A stretch of 64,000 bases of DNA from the NCBI GenBank assembly GCA_030704615.1, contig CM060731.1:63178001-63242000 (forward strand), written 5' to 3'. Made by a program: the position numbers and the translations under genes. Numbering within the stretch: position 1 is the first letter of the stretch; each line of letters starts with the position of its first letter. The notes below the pieces were generated by a model. It was not told where the DNA came from, did not search any database, and saw only the letters and a program-made list of their open reading frames with translations. Origin of the DNA: Takakia lepidozioides (Eukaryota > Plantae > Bryophyta). Below are positions 1 to 13,352 of this stretch, in pieces.

Positions 1-890
1 AACTCACCCCGAACAGCCACATTGGCTGTTTTGGAGCATGCTGACATACACTCCTTAAGCACCCCCACTTGAATGGATTCTAGAGACTTAGCCTGGCTTT
101 CGGCGAAACAGGGGCTGTGTGGATCATATCTTCACTCTAAGCCAGATTATCCAGGGAAGGAAAAAAGAAGGGAAACCCACTTATGTTTTTTTCCTGGATG
201 TCAAAAAGGCTTATGACACAGTGTGGAGAGGGGCCTATGGTTCCGCCTCTGGTCTTGTAAAGATGTGGAGAGTTGTCCACAACTTGTATGCTCACACCAA
301 AAGCTGTGTCACTGTTAACGGACAGAAGTCCAACTTCTTTGACATAGACCAAGGTGTAGCTCAAGCGTACTCTCTCCCTCTGCTCTGCAATGTTTTCATC
401 AATCAACTCCTCGAGGATGTGGAAAGTGAGGGATTTGGGTTAAGGGTGGGTGATACCACCATACCAGCCCTTATGTTTGCGGATGACTTCGCAGGCATAG
501 GGAAGACTCCAACCAATCTCCAGGAGTTGGTTGATTGCGCGAAGAGATACTTTGATCTTTGGGGGCAGCTAATGTCAGCAAATGTGCAGTGGTAGCATTC
601 AACGACAGAGGAGAGGGAGGAAGTGATCTTAAGTGGCAGTGGGGTAGCCAAGAGATCCCGGTCCTCCCTTCCTACACTTACCTGGGCGTTGAGTTTTCCT
701 CCAATTGTAATTGGGATGCACATATCGGGTTGTTCAAACTGGCAAGGGCAAAGCTCTGGGGCTCACTAAATTTTTCCACTGCAGAGGGGTCAACTCTGAG
801 GTTAAGAACACCATGCTTTGTCGCGTTATTAGACCTGCCTTGGAGTACGGATCCGCAATATGGGTTGATAACTCCAACCAGGCTAAGTCT
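1..890 (+). mobile_element. Degenerate non-LTR retrotransposon (LINE) reverse transcriptase fragment, lying in an XRCC4 intron in antisense orientation
   Basis: Non-LTR RT motifs across frameshifted ORFs 119-595, 559-1065 and 711-974: DHIF, FLDVKKAYDTV, GVAQ, LMFADD, YTYLGVEF, IRPALEYG. Confidence 0.85.
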
Positions 891-1317
891 CAAGCTAAAA
901 GAGAGAGAAAGAGAGAAAGCAAGAAGCAAGAAAAAGAAAGAAAGGGATTCCATAGCATCCACAGAAAGCTCTAAGAGCATAGATAAGAGACAATCAACCA
1001 ATGAAGCAGTAGTGACCAGGCCTAAATATCTGAAGACAGACAAATGTTTGCGCTTCTGTGTTTGATTTGTGTTTGTGTGTGTGGGAAGATGCCATTATGT
1101 AAGCCAAGTACACAGTTTATGCAGTGATTCTAGAGAGACCTTAAATTGTCCCATTCTATTCGTCATTACTCCTTTGGTGGCAAAACACCTATCCAAACCA
1201 GACTAAAAGCATCAAGATAGAACCCAACTTTCTTCTCAGTTACTGAAGTTTAGACCCATCCACACAACTCAAGACAGCATCTCATATAAGACTATATATG
1301 GTGGCGCGGTTACTAAC

Positions 1318-2689
1318 CTTAAGCCTGGCAATGGTGTCTATCAGTAGGTCCAAAACCTCCCTTGCAACTATTGCAGCATCAGGCACTTTACCCAACCTCA
1401 GATTCACCTTCAGTGTCATGTTATGCTTTTTGTCCACCACGGTCCATGATAACTGGCACATACATGTGTTTGCATTAGTGAATGTTAGGGATTTTTCTGG
1501 TTCATAAGCAAGGGCAATGGAGAGTGACATATGATGCTCACAACACCTTTCTCACTGCAGAAGGGATTTCTAGAGGATACCTGGAAAACTCAGATCAATT
1601 GTCTGTTCCAAGGTAAGTCATACTACCGGTGTCAGCCCCTGACAAAGGTAGTTTCTGTCCCTTTGTGTTTCACTCAAACTGAGCGCAGTGTCAATGGCCA
1701 CAAAGCTATGGCAAACAACGTCTTATGAGTACATTCTCACTGCACAAGCTGATTTTCTTCCTCAATAAAATCAGTTTAAAAACTGATAAGAGTTAGTGTG
1801 GAGTCCCATCACCCACAGTACCCAGAATGTGTCAATACATTCACAGCATACTTGCTTTGGTTTCAGAGTAGTGTCATACCCGCATCATATCTTTGCCACA
1901 CGCAGAGAAGGAATAGGTTGAGTCAGGTTGTTGCAGACAAAGATGGGAGCGTGCCTTTTCCATGAAGTCAGGCACACTGATGTCCCAGCGTGTTGCTTTT
2001 TCTGACACTTCCCCTTCAGACACTAACCATACAGAGCCACCAACACAAGTGGAGCTGGTTAATATACTTACGAGCACCCATGTCTTTATGTAATATTCAT
2101 ACTTCCAAAGTTTGAGGATAGAGAAGGGGATGTACTCTGACCCACCCAGTGATATCTGTGGGACACTATTCTACTGTTGTCAGTCTTTGCATTTCAAATG
2201 TAACCCTGATGTTGGCATGTCATTTCCACACAGCCAATAATGGTCCAGTATACATGAATGTGGATTTAAGGGACCAAAGAGATACTGCTCATTGAGACTC
2301 TGAATGAGAGACAAGTGACCATAACATTCGAGGAAACAGTCAACTACAACATTTCACTGTCTATGTGGAGAAGATGACAATTGTGTTGGTCCAACCCATA
2401 TCCCCTTATGACTCCCTTCTAATAGCAACGGGAATAGTGGTAGGAAAAAATTTGGGTTTAAGGAAACGTCAGTACTATCAGCCACAAAACATTCGGATAC
2501 TACCCTAGTGACAACTGAGCAAAATTGTTCTATCGAAGGATAAGGGTGCAAGTTCGCAATACTTATATACGACCAGGCCTGAGAGCCATCGAGAACAGTG
2601 ACAGAGAAGCTGGCATCAAGCCAAGTCGTCTTCAAATAAATGTGTCCTCCTTCTTCGAGCTTGAAGCGTACGCATGTCGAATTCACCAT
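1318..2689 (-). CDS. XRCC4: DNA repair protein XRCC4 (NHEJ), exons 1-3; the 3' part probably continues left of the window
   Basis: Exons 2689-2563, 2022-1880 and 1452-1318 splice at GT-AG sites in frame to MVNSTCVRFKLEEGGHIYLKTTW...VLDGSQAWSYIMSEGEVSEKATRWDISVPDFMEKARSHLCLQQPDSTYSF...RLSWT...VLDLLIDTIARLK. This is colinear with the plant XRCC4 head domain as recalled (TCLRL..IFVKGTW..VTDGSSSW..EEEVAERAAQWD..QQPNSVYSF..RLSWT). Confidence 0.85.
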
Positions 2690-3889
2690 CCCTGAAATTT
2701 CCAGATCTCACCCTTTCCTTCCTCTTCCGGCTTCAACAGCCAAACGCACGAAGCAAAAAGTCCTCAACTCCCGCTTGTAAATGCATTGGGGGGCTTCCAA
2801 TGCTAACTATACCACACAGACGGTTCAGCCAATGAACATAACTGGATCCAGCTGCTGTGCCTGAAGCTGGGAACCCTGACACGCTTGTGCCTCCAGTTAC
2901 AATCTCCGTCCTCTCTATCACTAGGTGTTTTGCCATTGCGCGGGGATGGGGTCCTCCATTGTCTTCCATTTGCATTATAAAGAATGTGAATACTAATATA
3001 ATCTTTTCTGGGTTTTTCAGCTCAAGTACACAAACATCACATTATTTGAGTCTTCTCAACCTCCTTGCTCTTAGAGTCTTATTCTTCGATAATGTCAAAG
3101 TTTTAATCTTATTACTTTGTGACTTGTAGATGATTCGGAGAGGTTTGCAATAAGGGCAAACGACATATTTCATAGACGTCCATTGGCGGGAGGTGAGCAA
3201 TTACTCTATTCATACAACTTGGACCCAAAATGGAGTTCTCCCAGTTGTAGATCAAGACCTATTATTATTCCATGTGACGAGTAAGAGCTCGACAAACCAT
3301 TGGCACAATGTCTTTTTGACTAATCACTATTGTGATTATCATTTGATTTCAAGTTCATGCAAACTTATCATTGGAGTGGAATTGATAGTGACTAACGAGA
3401 GAAAGACAAGAATGAGACATGGTACTACCAAAAAACACATTGTTATTGAAGATGGTAATAGACGCGAAGTTTGGCCGCAAGCTTTAAAACGTCCATCACA
3501 TGTAATGCTTTCATGGCCAAAACAAAAGAGAGTGATTCTTCTTCGAAAGTGCCTAAAGTGAAATGTGATGTGTGTTTTACAAGTACATGTGTTGAAAAAG
3601 ATGATATCACCGTGTCAGTGACCATATTTTGCCAGTGAAATAAAATATTCATGCATCGTTGACTGAATTCACTTTTGCTTTGTTTTCAAATAATCTTTAA
3701 CTATGAAAAGACACTGTGTTTCGATGTATAAGATTCTGTGCATGTTGATTAAAAATTGACACAAAATATATCATTACTGTATATAAATGACAAATGATCA
3801 TATCCATATTGTACAAATGGTATACACTTACACAAATGTGTATCCATTATAAACTTATAGATATACACTTAACATCCACTAAACTATAC

Positions 3890-3916
3890 TTGGGCCAACG
3901 GCACAGGCTGCCCTAG
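3890..3916 (+). mobile_element. Possible Helitron 3' terminus
   Basis: GC-rich gggccaacggcacaggctgccCTAG followed by T, at the end of an AT-rich tract. It resembles the GC hairpin + CTAG|T Helitron end. Confidence 0.35.
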
Positions 3917-6900
3917 TATAAATTTATATAACTCTGTAGTTAATGTATTACAACTTCAATTCATACATTCATACAGGTGCTCAATTGTACGACGACGGTT
4001 GTTTGGATTCTTGGATGTTGTTAACCGATGCGAAAATTGGGTATACTATACTATATTCGAGCTATCATTATATGGGGTTATTCAAATTTGCTGGCAAAAC
4101 TACATTAGTATATTATATTTTTTAATTAGCTATTTTTTAATTTGTTAGTTTTGGTGGTATTTGAGTGGTCCTTATGATTCGATGGCAAAATGCTAGTCTC
4201 TCTTATGATATTATAATATTTTAAGTTTTTGTTTGCCTCCTATTATTATTAGTGGTTGGCACTCTACGAGGAGGGTTATTGTTTAACTGTGAAATTTTCA
4301 AAAAAACAGGGACATGAGCTCTTTAATCAAATTAAAAGAGGAGGGGGAAAGGCTTTAATTTGTTTTCTTCTGGAAAGTAACTCCCAGTACGTTTCCCACT
4401 TAGTTATTCTTTCAAAAAGTACCATTTTTATAAAAAAAATGAACAGGGGGAAGTAGCCCTGGAAACTTTATTGTAAGAAGGACCAAGGTCCGAAAATACA
4501 AGAGGGAAAAATAACCTCTGAGTGAGTGCCATGGAGGCCAAATTTATTATTATAGGTAGTAATTAGAATTATACTTATCATAGAAATCTTAATTTATAGA
4601 AATTGAGCCTAGTTACGGTGTGTTTGATTTGAAGTCTATGTTTGTCCTACATATTTTATTTCTGTGGAAACATTAGGACCCTTACCATGTTTTTGTGCTC
4701 ACCTCTATGCTCATGATATGAGCAACCAGTACGCCATTTTTCTACCAACCCCCTCAAAACTTGCTAGTTGTTATCTCTAAGTTTTTGATATGTACAATGT
4801 AAATGAACAATCTTGAGTTTGTTTGACAAATAATACACAGTCTGACTTATGTAGAGTCGATGTTTCACATGAATAAATTTTGGTAGATTTAGTTTGTGCC
4901 TATTTCTCAGCAAGCCCTCACATTATGACCAACATCATGCTTGTAGTTTTTGCTCAATGTCTCCTCCAGGCTAAGAACATCCTATGACACCAATAGAAGG
5001 GCATGCAACTATCTTGGAGTACATGGAATTGCTAGTCTTTGACATGACCGCTTCTATAAATGCATAGAGAGTGCTATGGGGTCCATTAGTTTTTTTTTCA
5101 AAAAAATATTTTGAAAGGAAATACATGGGAGCAACCCCTCAAAAAGATAAAATAAAAGACAAAAAGCGTTCACTAACTGACAGAAATTAGGGATCCACTT
5201 ATAGCTAACCAACTATCAATTAGTATAGTTAGCTGCGTCACTAAGGGGTGGAGTGTATTTAGGCTATAAATCTATAAAGCATATCAACCATTGTCCCTCT
5301 CAGTAGTCACCATGAGTGATAGGGTTCACATACTGGAGGTTAGTATGGTGCATAGTATCAACGCCGGCGCCACCTACCAAGCCTGACCCCCTATCACACT
5401 TACCCCACAAGTGGCTCTTACATATACCTGCGATCCCCGCCCACAGCTAATGCTCCACACATGGACCAGTCAGACCGTTACTGGTCACAGAGCTGGTCCC
5501 CTACATCTAGACCTGTTTATCTTAATCTCACAGAGCTGGTCGCCCACATCTAGACCTGTTTGGTTGCAGGGATGAAGCAGCGATCACTTTGTTTGCAGCT
5601 TATTGGCTTGCCTGAACCGTGGGCTCCATGTCAGGGACTACATGATTGTATGACTACATGACTGTATTTGTGGAGTGCAGAGCATGATTACGATCAGGGT
5701 CCAAGTGGTCCCTGTATTTGTGAGCATTAAAACAGCGGTGTACAAATGTTGGTGTTCCGCACCGTCAGTGTCCATAGCGATGCTCTCTCTGTGTCCGCAC
5801 TGTCAGTGCAGCGATGAGCTCTCTGTCTGTCTGTGTTGCGCGCCGCCATCCACAGTTGACAGTAAGTAAGTTAGAGTCTCTCAGACGTTGGTCCGAACTC
5901 ACCAACTCTGCATGTTCGCTGTCCCTTCAAAGTTCAGCCACTGAGTAACAGTGTAGGGGATGAAGAGGGACAGGGTCTGGTTGGTTTGGGGTGACAGTTC
6001 CCCCTTGTGTGCCCAATGGCTTCTTGTATGAAAAGGGGTTAATATTTCAATTTTCCCCTCCTCAAGGGCCTGAATTGTGAGCAGTCGATCCCGGGTTTTC
6101 TTTTAATGAATACATATATACATATACATATATATGTATAAATATAATTTTTAGATATGAGCACTGCCCCCTTCTTTAAAATAAAATAAAATAAAAATAT
6201 ATACATAAAATTTTAAAAAAATAAAGTTTGTTTCATAGGGACGGTTGAAGGCATTTGTTTGGAGGATCGAATCCCGGATCACCCACCCAGGCATATAAAA
6301 GCCTCTGAATTTTGTGTGGCCTCCTCGTAATAAGGCTGTATGCCGCAGACTCATGCCATAGAGCCTATAGCCAATAAGTTTGTTGTTTTCTTAGAGAAGA
6401 TAATAAGAGTATAAGGGCCGGGTTCCATGGGCACTCCAAACCCCCCCCCCAAGCAAGCGCCCCCAGCAGCGAATCGCCCCTTAAAAATGAGAAGGGGTGG
6501 TTCCATGGACACCTTTCCATTCACCCCTCTAGAAATCTTTGGCACCAATTGTTGTGGGCCCATGACATAGTAAATAGACAATTAATATAAGTTGTGGATG
6601 AAAATATAAAAAATCATTCCCTCTCCTAAAATTCAACTTAAGTTTGGATGGAAATCAATAGTATTATGTAAGTACATGGCCCCGCTGTAGGAAAAGACAA
6701 AGGTGTCAGTTAGGGGCGCCATGAAACTCGATCGCCCCTTGTGTGAAGGGCTTTTTTCCTCACCTTAGGGCCTACGAGACTAGCGGCACACCAACGACAC
6801 TAATGTGGTCGTTGCAGGCTATGGATTGTTGGATGAGAGAGGTCCATGTCACCAAGCGGCAATGAATCGGCTACCACAGTATAGCAGAGCTGAGCGGCAA

Positions 6901-8380
6901 AAAAATCGATAGGAGAAACCATCGCACAATGGGGTCGGAGAGACAAGCTTTGTGATGGCGGGAAAATCGCGTCACTACAAAATGTCTTCCTAAAATTGTG
7001 GATTTCCAGGGGACATTGCCTGGAAATCCGTATTTAACGGTAATGTGACATGTAGGCGCCATGTCAACGCCTCTCCGTCGGCAGCAGCCGCTAGTGTGGT
7101 AGGCAGAGCGGCACGCGGCCTCTTAAGCCAATAGGAGGGTCCGAAATTGAGTGCCGCCGCCCCTCTTGCCGCTACTGTGGTATCACCCTTAGCAAGGGGC
7201 GATTCTGTGGGGGCGCCCCTTAGGGTATATGCTATTTGGACCAATAGCGTCCAACTAATCCTGGGGCGATTCATACCAGGCCACACATGCCTCCAATGTG
7301 CGTTAACAAGACGCACGTCCGTGAAAGGAGTTGCCCAACGCACACCAGCCCCAGCCAGCCCCAACGTTTGCTGGTGGGGCCCGGTTTGAACGGCAGGGAT
7401 GCGATCCGGATCGACGGCCCAGATCGATGCGGGTAGAAATGGTTTCATGGCAAGCATAGCATAGCTCTCGACACTCACATGAGTGCTCGTGGCAGCCCCA
7501 TATTGGCCGCACTATCCACGGGACGCTCCATCTGCATAACGCAGTTTCTTGGACTTCGAAGAACTGAGTCGAGCGGGACGTGGTGGCGGATGTATCGGAA
7601 GGGCCTAACACCGTTGTGCGCCTATGCCCCACAATACGGGAACGGCATTTTGAGGATGCATCCATCAATGTGGCCTCCCTATCATGGGGGGGCGATTGCA
7701 GCTGCCCATGGAACCGGCTCCCTACATATGCCTCATGGCATCCTTCCGGCTTCAAAGGGTTTTAATTTTTTTCCTTTTTTTCCTTTTATTTCTTAGAACA
7801 GGGGACAGAGGCCCTGATAAATTTTATTAATAATTATTCGGGGGAAAAAAATAAAACCCCTATTAGGTACAAAATAAGGCACACACACCGTGGTCTCAGT
7901 GAATGTTCGAACCATACTCCCATAAAGGGTGGACATCCTCCAGAAATAAGTGTTGAACCTTTCTCTAAAACCAAGGCATATTATAAAGCTGCCTTTAGTG
8001 GACTATGAAACTTCAAAACTAGCAGCACCTTAAAATCAGGCCAGGAATTTTCTTTTTCTTTTTAAAAGAAAGGGGACAGAGCCTGGCCCTCAAATATATT
8101 GAAAAATAGGAAGGTGGTCCCCCCTTTTTTTTTAAAGGAAAAGAAAAGGAAGGTAACAACTAACAACCCAGGAAAATTAACCTGGTGGAAGGCCATGAAG
8201 GCAGAGGTAGGGACACTGCCCTATTTACCTTCAATAATCACAAATAATAAAGCTCTCAAGGGTTTTCCTCACTATATATATATATATAAATGAAGAGAAG
8301 AAACGGTGCCAGTCGAAAGTTTTCATTTATAAATTGGTAAATTATACTTTAAAAATAAAATAAAAGCGAACCACCCGGGA

Positions 8381-8965
8381 GGGAGCGTCTGCTCACAAAT
8401 CAGGCCCTTTAATTATAGTGAGAGGATTGTGAAAGAACCTCTTTCACAGTAACCTAGCCATGAGCCCAAGGCTCAAGCGCCCATGGAGAGTTTCCAACTG
8501 TGATAGAAACGTTATAATTTTTTTTATGCTAAATAAATTTTAACATTTTTTGCTCTGGTAGGCAATGAATCTCATTGTTTTTCAAAACTTCTTTATTTAT
8601 TTATTTTTTCGGATCCCAGAAATTAAGAATTTGTACAGTTTTAAATAGTGAATTATAAAGCTCCAAGGGGCTTCCTCCCCTTTTACTCAAAAATTTGAAC
8701 CCTACAAATCTTGCATGCAACAATAAGTAGGGAGGACGGTTGGCAGTTGGCACATCCATATATGGGAGATACCCGATGCTCCATTTTTGGAAACGTTTCT
8801 AAACCAGCTCTTTTTTTTCTTATTTCAGATTCAAATTACACTAATTAGATGGACTCTTTTTTTTTTCCCCTTAAAGGGAACAGCTGGGAGCGACAGCTCA
8901 CAAATCAGGCCCCTTAATTGAACTGAGAGGAGAAAATAACCTCTTTCACAGTACGTCATGAAGGC
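8381..8965. repeat. Dispersed repeat family motif, two direct copies here
   Basis: gggagcg..gctcacaaatcaggccc...gagagg...aacctctttcacagta at about 8381-8450 and 8886-8953. Reverse-complement cores lie at about 6065-6092 and 35241-35266. Confidence 0.6.
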
Positions 8966-8979
8966 GCCCGAATGGGACA

Positions 8980-9044
8980 CCGCAAGATTTGACCCCAGAA
9001 TCATCTAGGTGGCACTTAATGCACTATCCAACTGAGCTACTGAG
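8980..9044 (-). other. tRNA-derived (pseudo-tRNA or SINE-head-like) sequence
   Basis: The minus strand reads gtagctcagttggatagtgc (A box, D arm) ... ggggtcaaatc (B-box-like). There is no proper acceptor or anticodon stem. Confidence 0.5.
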
Positions 9045-9451
9045 TTTTGGTGACTAAGCCACCTAAAAAAAAGTCCTTCAAATGATCCCCGGTTCGGTAA
9101 ACATATTTTCACAGAGAAAAGCCAACGAATTTAGCTTCTGTAAAACTGTAGTTCATTATGAGGCCATGATTTCTTACTGCACATGTGTGGGTTCCCAAAC
9201 CAGTTCAAGCTATCCATCTCCACCATTTCTCGCAGAGAGAGAGTCCACTTCTCTTCTCGCAGAGAGTCTAGACCGAGATGAGCTTCTCGAGTTGTTAGCT
9301 ATGGTGGTCCTGTGGGTGTCTGCAGATCAATCAACGGGCAGAGAATGTAGACCGAGATGAGCTCAGGACCGCCTTCAAGTTGTTAGCTCTGGTGGTCCTG
9401 CGGGTGTCTGCAGAAGCATGAATCAAGTTGATATGTAGGCCTGCTGCGACA

Positions 9452-10777
9452 ATGTGTGTCTCCCAGACGGAGCACCTGAACAGAGGGACAGAGCAAATGT
9501 TCTGTGGAAGCGAGGATTTGCTACACGACTTTGAATCTGGTATGGATGGAATTGGCGACATAAAGCAGGAGGTCGTTGATTCACTCATAGCGACAAGGGC
9601 AGTGTGTGAACCGACGAGCGAAGGCGCGAATGATGTGTTGAATCGAAGATATGAGCTGTACACCAGTAAGTATGAGCTGCTATATCACCAAGATCAGGTT
9701 AACAGACTAGGATGGACAAGTGAAGGATTAGATCAGCATGTTCAACCTTTTGTGATGGTGCGTAGCAGCAATGGGTACATCATCGTGGCGTGCCGTGGAA
9801 CCTTCGCTCTCTCCGACATTGTCCAGGATGCCAAGGTCGCCAAGGTTCCAGTTCCTTTCACCAGAAAAGGGCGTGCACAACTCGGGTTCTTGGAGCGGGC
9901 GATGTCCTTGCCTTTCGGTCTGCTTCTAGATTTGCTCAGAGGCGGACAGAAACTTCTTTTCGCTGGGCACTCAATGGGGGGGGCAGTCACCTCTCTCGTA
10001 GCGATAAGGGTTCTGGAGGCTTTGGCTGCTGTTCCTGGGCACGGGAAACTTGCCAGGGACAGGGTAAAATGCATCACATTTGGAACAGCACCGTTCGCCG
10101 ACCTTGAGCTCGCCGACTATGTCAATTCCACTTATCGGGGATTTTTCTACAATTTGGTGTCCAAGCATGATATAGTGCCCCGCGTACACAACTTAATCCC
10201 CAGGGTTCTCTTCCCAGCAGCGAAGTGGTTTGTGGAAATGATGAGCAAGACATGGGAGGTCCAGACCAGCAAGGCTATCATAGAGAACACGACGGGCATG
10301 CCAGTGGTAAAAGTGGTGAAGAAGCTGGAGGAGAGGATGCAGTCCTTGTGGCCAGCTACCCGACTTTTTAAGTTCATTCTTCAGTGTGCGGCTGGCGATG
10401 AGGAGGCTCTCTTCTACAAGCATTGTGGGTACCTAGTGCTTCTGGATCCGGAATCACTAGATCCAAATTCAGTCATTCACATTGATGAAATGGAGAGTTT
10501 GGGGAACGATTTCTTCATAGAAGGCAAATCGGTGGTTCAGGTCTTTCTGGAGCATGGATTGGCAAACCATTACGCGTGCCTGGTGCACAATCTGTCGGCG
10601 ATGAAGGGAGGTGAATTGGCTAAGCGGCCGACTGCCTGTCGTGGAGCTGTTTTTTTTTCTCGGGAACTAAGTAGCGGATTTCATATGTCGATCAAACAAC
10701 TGTTCTCCAATCCCTCACGGGTTTTAATGGTGCGGTTCAACAATGCTTTGTTGAGATTAACAGGAAATAACTTGTAG
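9452..10777 (+). CDS. Class-3 lipase (alpha/beta hydrolase) domain protein, intronless ORF
   Basis: Open frame of about 441 codons from ATG 9452 with ACRGT (oxyanion region), GFLERA, nucleophile motif GHSMGG, CITFG, HDIVPR (catalytic Asp) and a late EHGL (candidate catalytic His). Confidence 0.85.
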   Translation: MCVSQTEHLNRGTEQMFCGSEDLLHDFESGMDGIGDIKQEVVDSLIATRAVCEPTSEGANDVLNRRYELYTSKYELLYHQDQVNRLGWTSEGLDQHVQPFVMVRSSNGYIIVACRGTFALSDIVQDAKVAKVPVPFTRKGRAQLGFLERAMSLPFGLLLDLLRGGQKLLFAGHSMGGAVTSLVAIRVLEALAAVPGHGKLARDRVKCITFGTAPFADLELADYVNSTYRGFFYNLVSKHDIVPRVHNLIPRVLFPAAKWFVEMMSKTWEVQTSKAIIENTTGMPVVKVVKKLEERMQSLWPATRLFKFILQCAAGDEEALFYKHCGYLVLLDPESLDPNSVIHIDEMESLGNDFFIEGKSVVQVFLEHGLANHYACLVHNLSAMKGGELAKRPTACRGAVFFSRELSSGFHMSIKQLFSNPSRVLMVRFNNALLRLTGNNL

Positions 10778-12159
10778 ACTACATTGTAGCATTCGAGTCC
10801 ATTCTTTCATAGCTCAGATACAGAGAGGGGTCCAATAAGCTTGCAACTTCAATGAGACCCTGTTGCTGTCAAGTTGCTTCTCAACTTAAGGCCCCATTAA
10901 TAATGATTTTAGTGCAAATTAGTCAGAGATATCTGGAGACGGATCAGATGAGACCTCACGTATTTCGATCCGTCAACATTGCAACTATGCTCAGTGAATA
11001 CGCTCAGAGCAAGTTGTTGTACTAGTGACGAGGTTCATGTGCAGTGTAGACTATCCAATTAGCCGATCAACAGGACCGCAAACCAATCGCCCTGTCCACT
11101 GGGTTATTAGAAGTTAGAGTAGCCTCATGAGTCTTGTCTCTTTTGAGATTTTGTAGGGATTTCTATCCATGTATAACAAACATCGTGTTGTGCTGAAAAA
11201 AGCCTTTCAGAACGTTGTCTCCAAGGTGACCGTTACTCTTATCTTTTCTCTATGTGTGTACATATTCGTGAACAACCAACGGGGAGAACCGGCAGCTAGT
11301 TACATGCTAGCCGACTGATTCCGAGGATTTCCGAGTGAAAATTGAAACCTTCGGAAATTTACTCAAGAGGCTAGGTATGAGCGTAATCCTGCCATGGTTC
11401 CTTCTGTGGTTCGATATGGCGACTTCAGAACCCCTTAAGGTGCGAATGCACGCAATGGTCGGCTGCTGCCCATTGAGTCTGACGAGAATCCGACTCGCTG
11501 TCATCTGAGACACGAAGATCTGGAGTGGTCCACATCAAAAAATTGTGTCTCCCTAGAACACTTCAATGTGATTAAGTTCACGAAACCATGGTGAATATCG
11601 ATTTAATCTTTTCTAACACTTCATCAGAACTGGAGTTTGTGAGATCAACCTCCAGATTTTGATTATCGATCAGTTAAACACTCTAATCTAGTAATCTATA
11701 CCAAAGGAAGATCAATCACGGGAAGGGCTCTGTCTGCATCCAACAGCAAATTGATCAGAATTTTCTCCCCTTGGTTGCAGCCACTAGTTTCTCCTCCGAT
11801 CTTTGAAATTGTTTAGCATCTCCAGGAATCTTTTTGCGACATGGTGTCAATCTCCATGATCATTATGCGGACACAACACAGTAGCTAATTCTGGCCCCAT
11901 TGTTCATGACATCAAACTGCCCACGATTGTAATTTGTGATGGAACATTGGAAAGCTTCCAAAAAAACCTGGCAGCTATGTACATTCCTTTCTCCACAGTT
12001 ATAAACGGAGCACCTGCACATTTACTGCACACAACGTGTGCACACTGTTTTGTCCACCTTTCCCGACACACTTGATTCACGGCGGTCTCCCCAAAGTTCC
12101 TGCACAGATCAAGGCTGTAAATGCCCAGCCTACACCCTTCCTCCACCTTCGCTTCCTCA

Positions 12160-12190
<31 letters not shown>

Positions 12191-12428
12191 GTCTCTCTCG
12201 CATTCAATGAAACTTCAAACAAGTCTCCACTTTTCGAACAGCCCGTACAGACGAAATAAATCAGGATAATAAAGTCAGGCGTTTGCCGCGGTCTATTATT
12301 AGTGTTATGATTATTGTGAATGATCATAACCATGGCATGGTCTTAAAAGGCCATTTAAAATGGGCTGCATCGATAATACACCTGTGGGTGTCCTGTATAA
12401 ATTTAAATTAGTATTCCTTATTTTCACC

Positions 12429-12497
12429 GAAGCGGTAGCTCAATGAAAAGCGTTATCAATTGATACCACAGATCTGGGTTCAAATCTCAGCAGCCAC
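12429..12497 (+). other. tRNA-derived (pseudo-tRNA or SINE-head-like) sequence
   Basis: gcggtagctcaatgaaaagc (A box, D arm) and a T arm ctggg-ttcaaat-ctcag that pairs with one G-U. The acceptor stem is degenerate. Confidence 0.55.
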
Positions 12498-12870
12498 AAA
12501 TCCTCTTTTTCGTTTCTCTACCACCGCTGCAGCACAACAACCATCAAGTGGGCTGGAGCCTTTCAATTTTTTATTTAATTATCATTAATCTGAAAAAATG
12601 GGGACATTAGTCTTTGGGCTTGTGGAGCTGGGATTCTTCTCACCTTCTTTTTTCGACTTGGATGAACGGAGGAGGGATGTGCCCCCCATGATTTAGGGAT
12701 GGACGGAACCAAGATGAAGTTTGGATGAACTTACACCTTGCACATGAGGATGAGCTGGTGACAACTTATGACTTTATTAGGTGTTCTCTTATTCTAACAG
12801 CTAGTTTAGGATGGATCTGGGTGATCTGGCTTCTTTCTATGGCTATGCATCTGGTGGGCCTATATGTAAG

Positions 12871-13081
12871 TGTCACGCGGCACTAGGATTAGATTATGAC
12901 CTAATACTATTTAAGCCTCACTGCCGTGGCAGTAAGGTTGGTGGCTTTTGGGTCTTACGCGAGTGTACGCTTGGTGTAACGGGTGCTTGAGTGTGTTGAT
13001 GCATGCGTTCTGGATGTTCGGCTTTGTTGCGTCATCTTCGTGAGATTCCGTCTTCTCTGCCATGCCCATCTATCGACTACA
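12871..13081 (-). mobile_element. Probable 3' LTR of a minus-strand LTR retrotransposon
   Basis: On the minus strand a purine tract (agggggga, 13089-13082) is followed directly by TGTAG...GTGACA, a 211-bp segment with TG...CA termini. No partner LTR is present in the window. Confidence 0.45.
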
Positions 13082-13352
13082 TCCCCCCTAATAGGATTAA
13101 GTCCGGTAGAGGAAGGGGAACAAACCCATAGCGCCGGAATCATGGTGGAGATGCGGGGTACCTAAAAATCGTAGCAGAGAATTGGGCTCGTACGAAACGT
13201 CTGAGAACAGTAGATTGCGTATGGGGGATCCTGTATGATTGAGGGGAGAGGTAGTGGCAAAATGGCGGCTTGTATGTCATGCACAGTGAGAGAGAGAGAG
13301 AGTTTGCCTGCTCAGGTTTTGTTGTGTTTTGAGAGTTTCATAAGTGAGCACC

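Noticed and set aside
7440-7560. Minus-strand YADGASRG resembling an RNase H motif
   Set aside because: It is followed immediately by a stop and has no convincing further catalytic motifs, so it is too short to support.
12429-12497. Functional tRNA gene
   Set aside because: The acceptor and anticodon arms are not canonical, so it is reported only as tRNA-derived.
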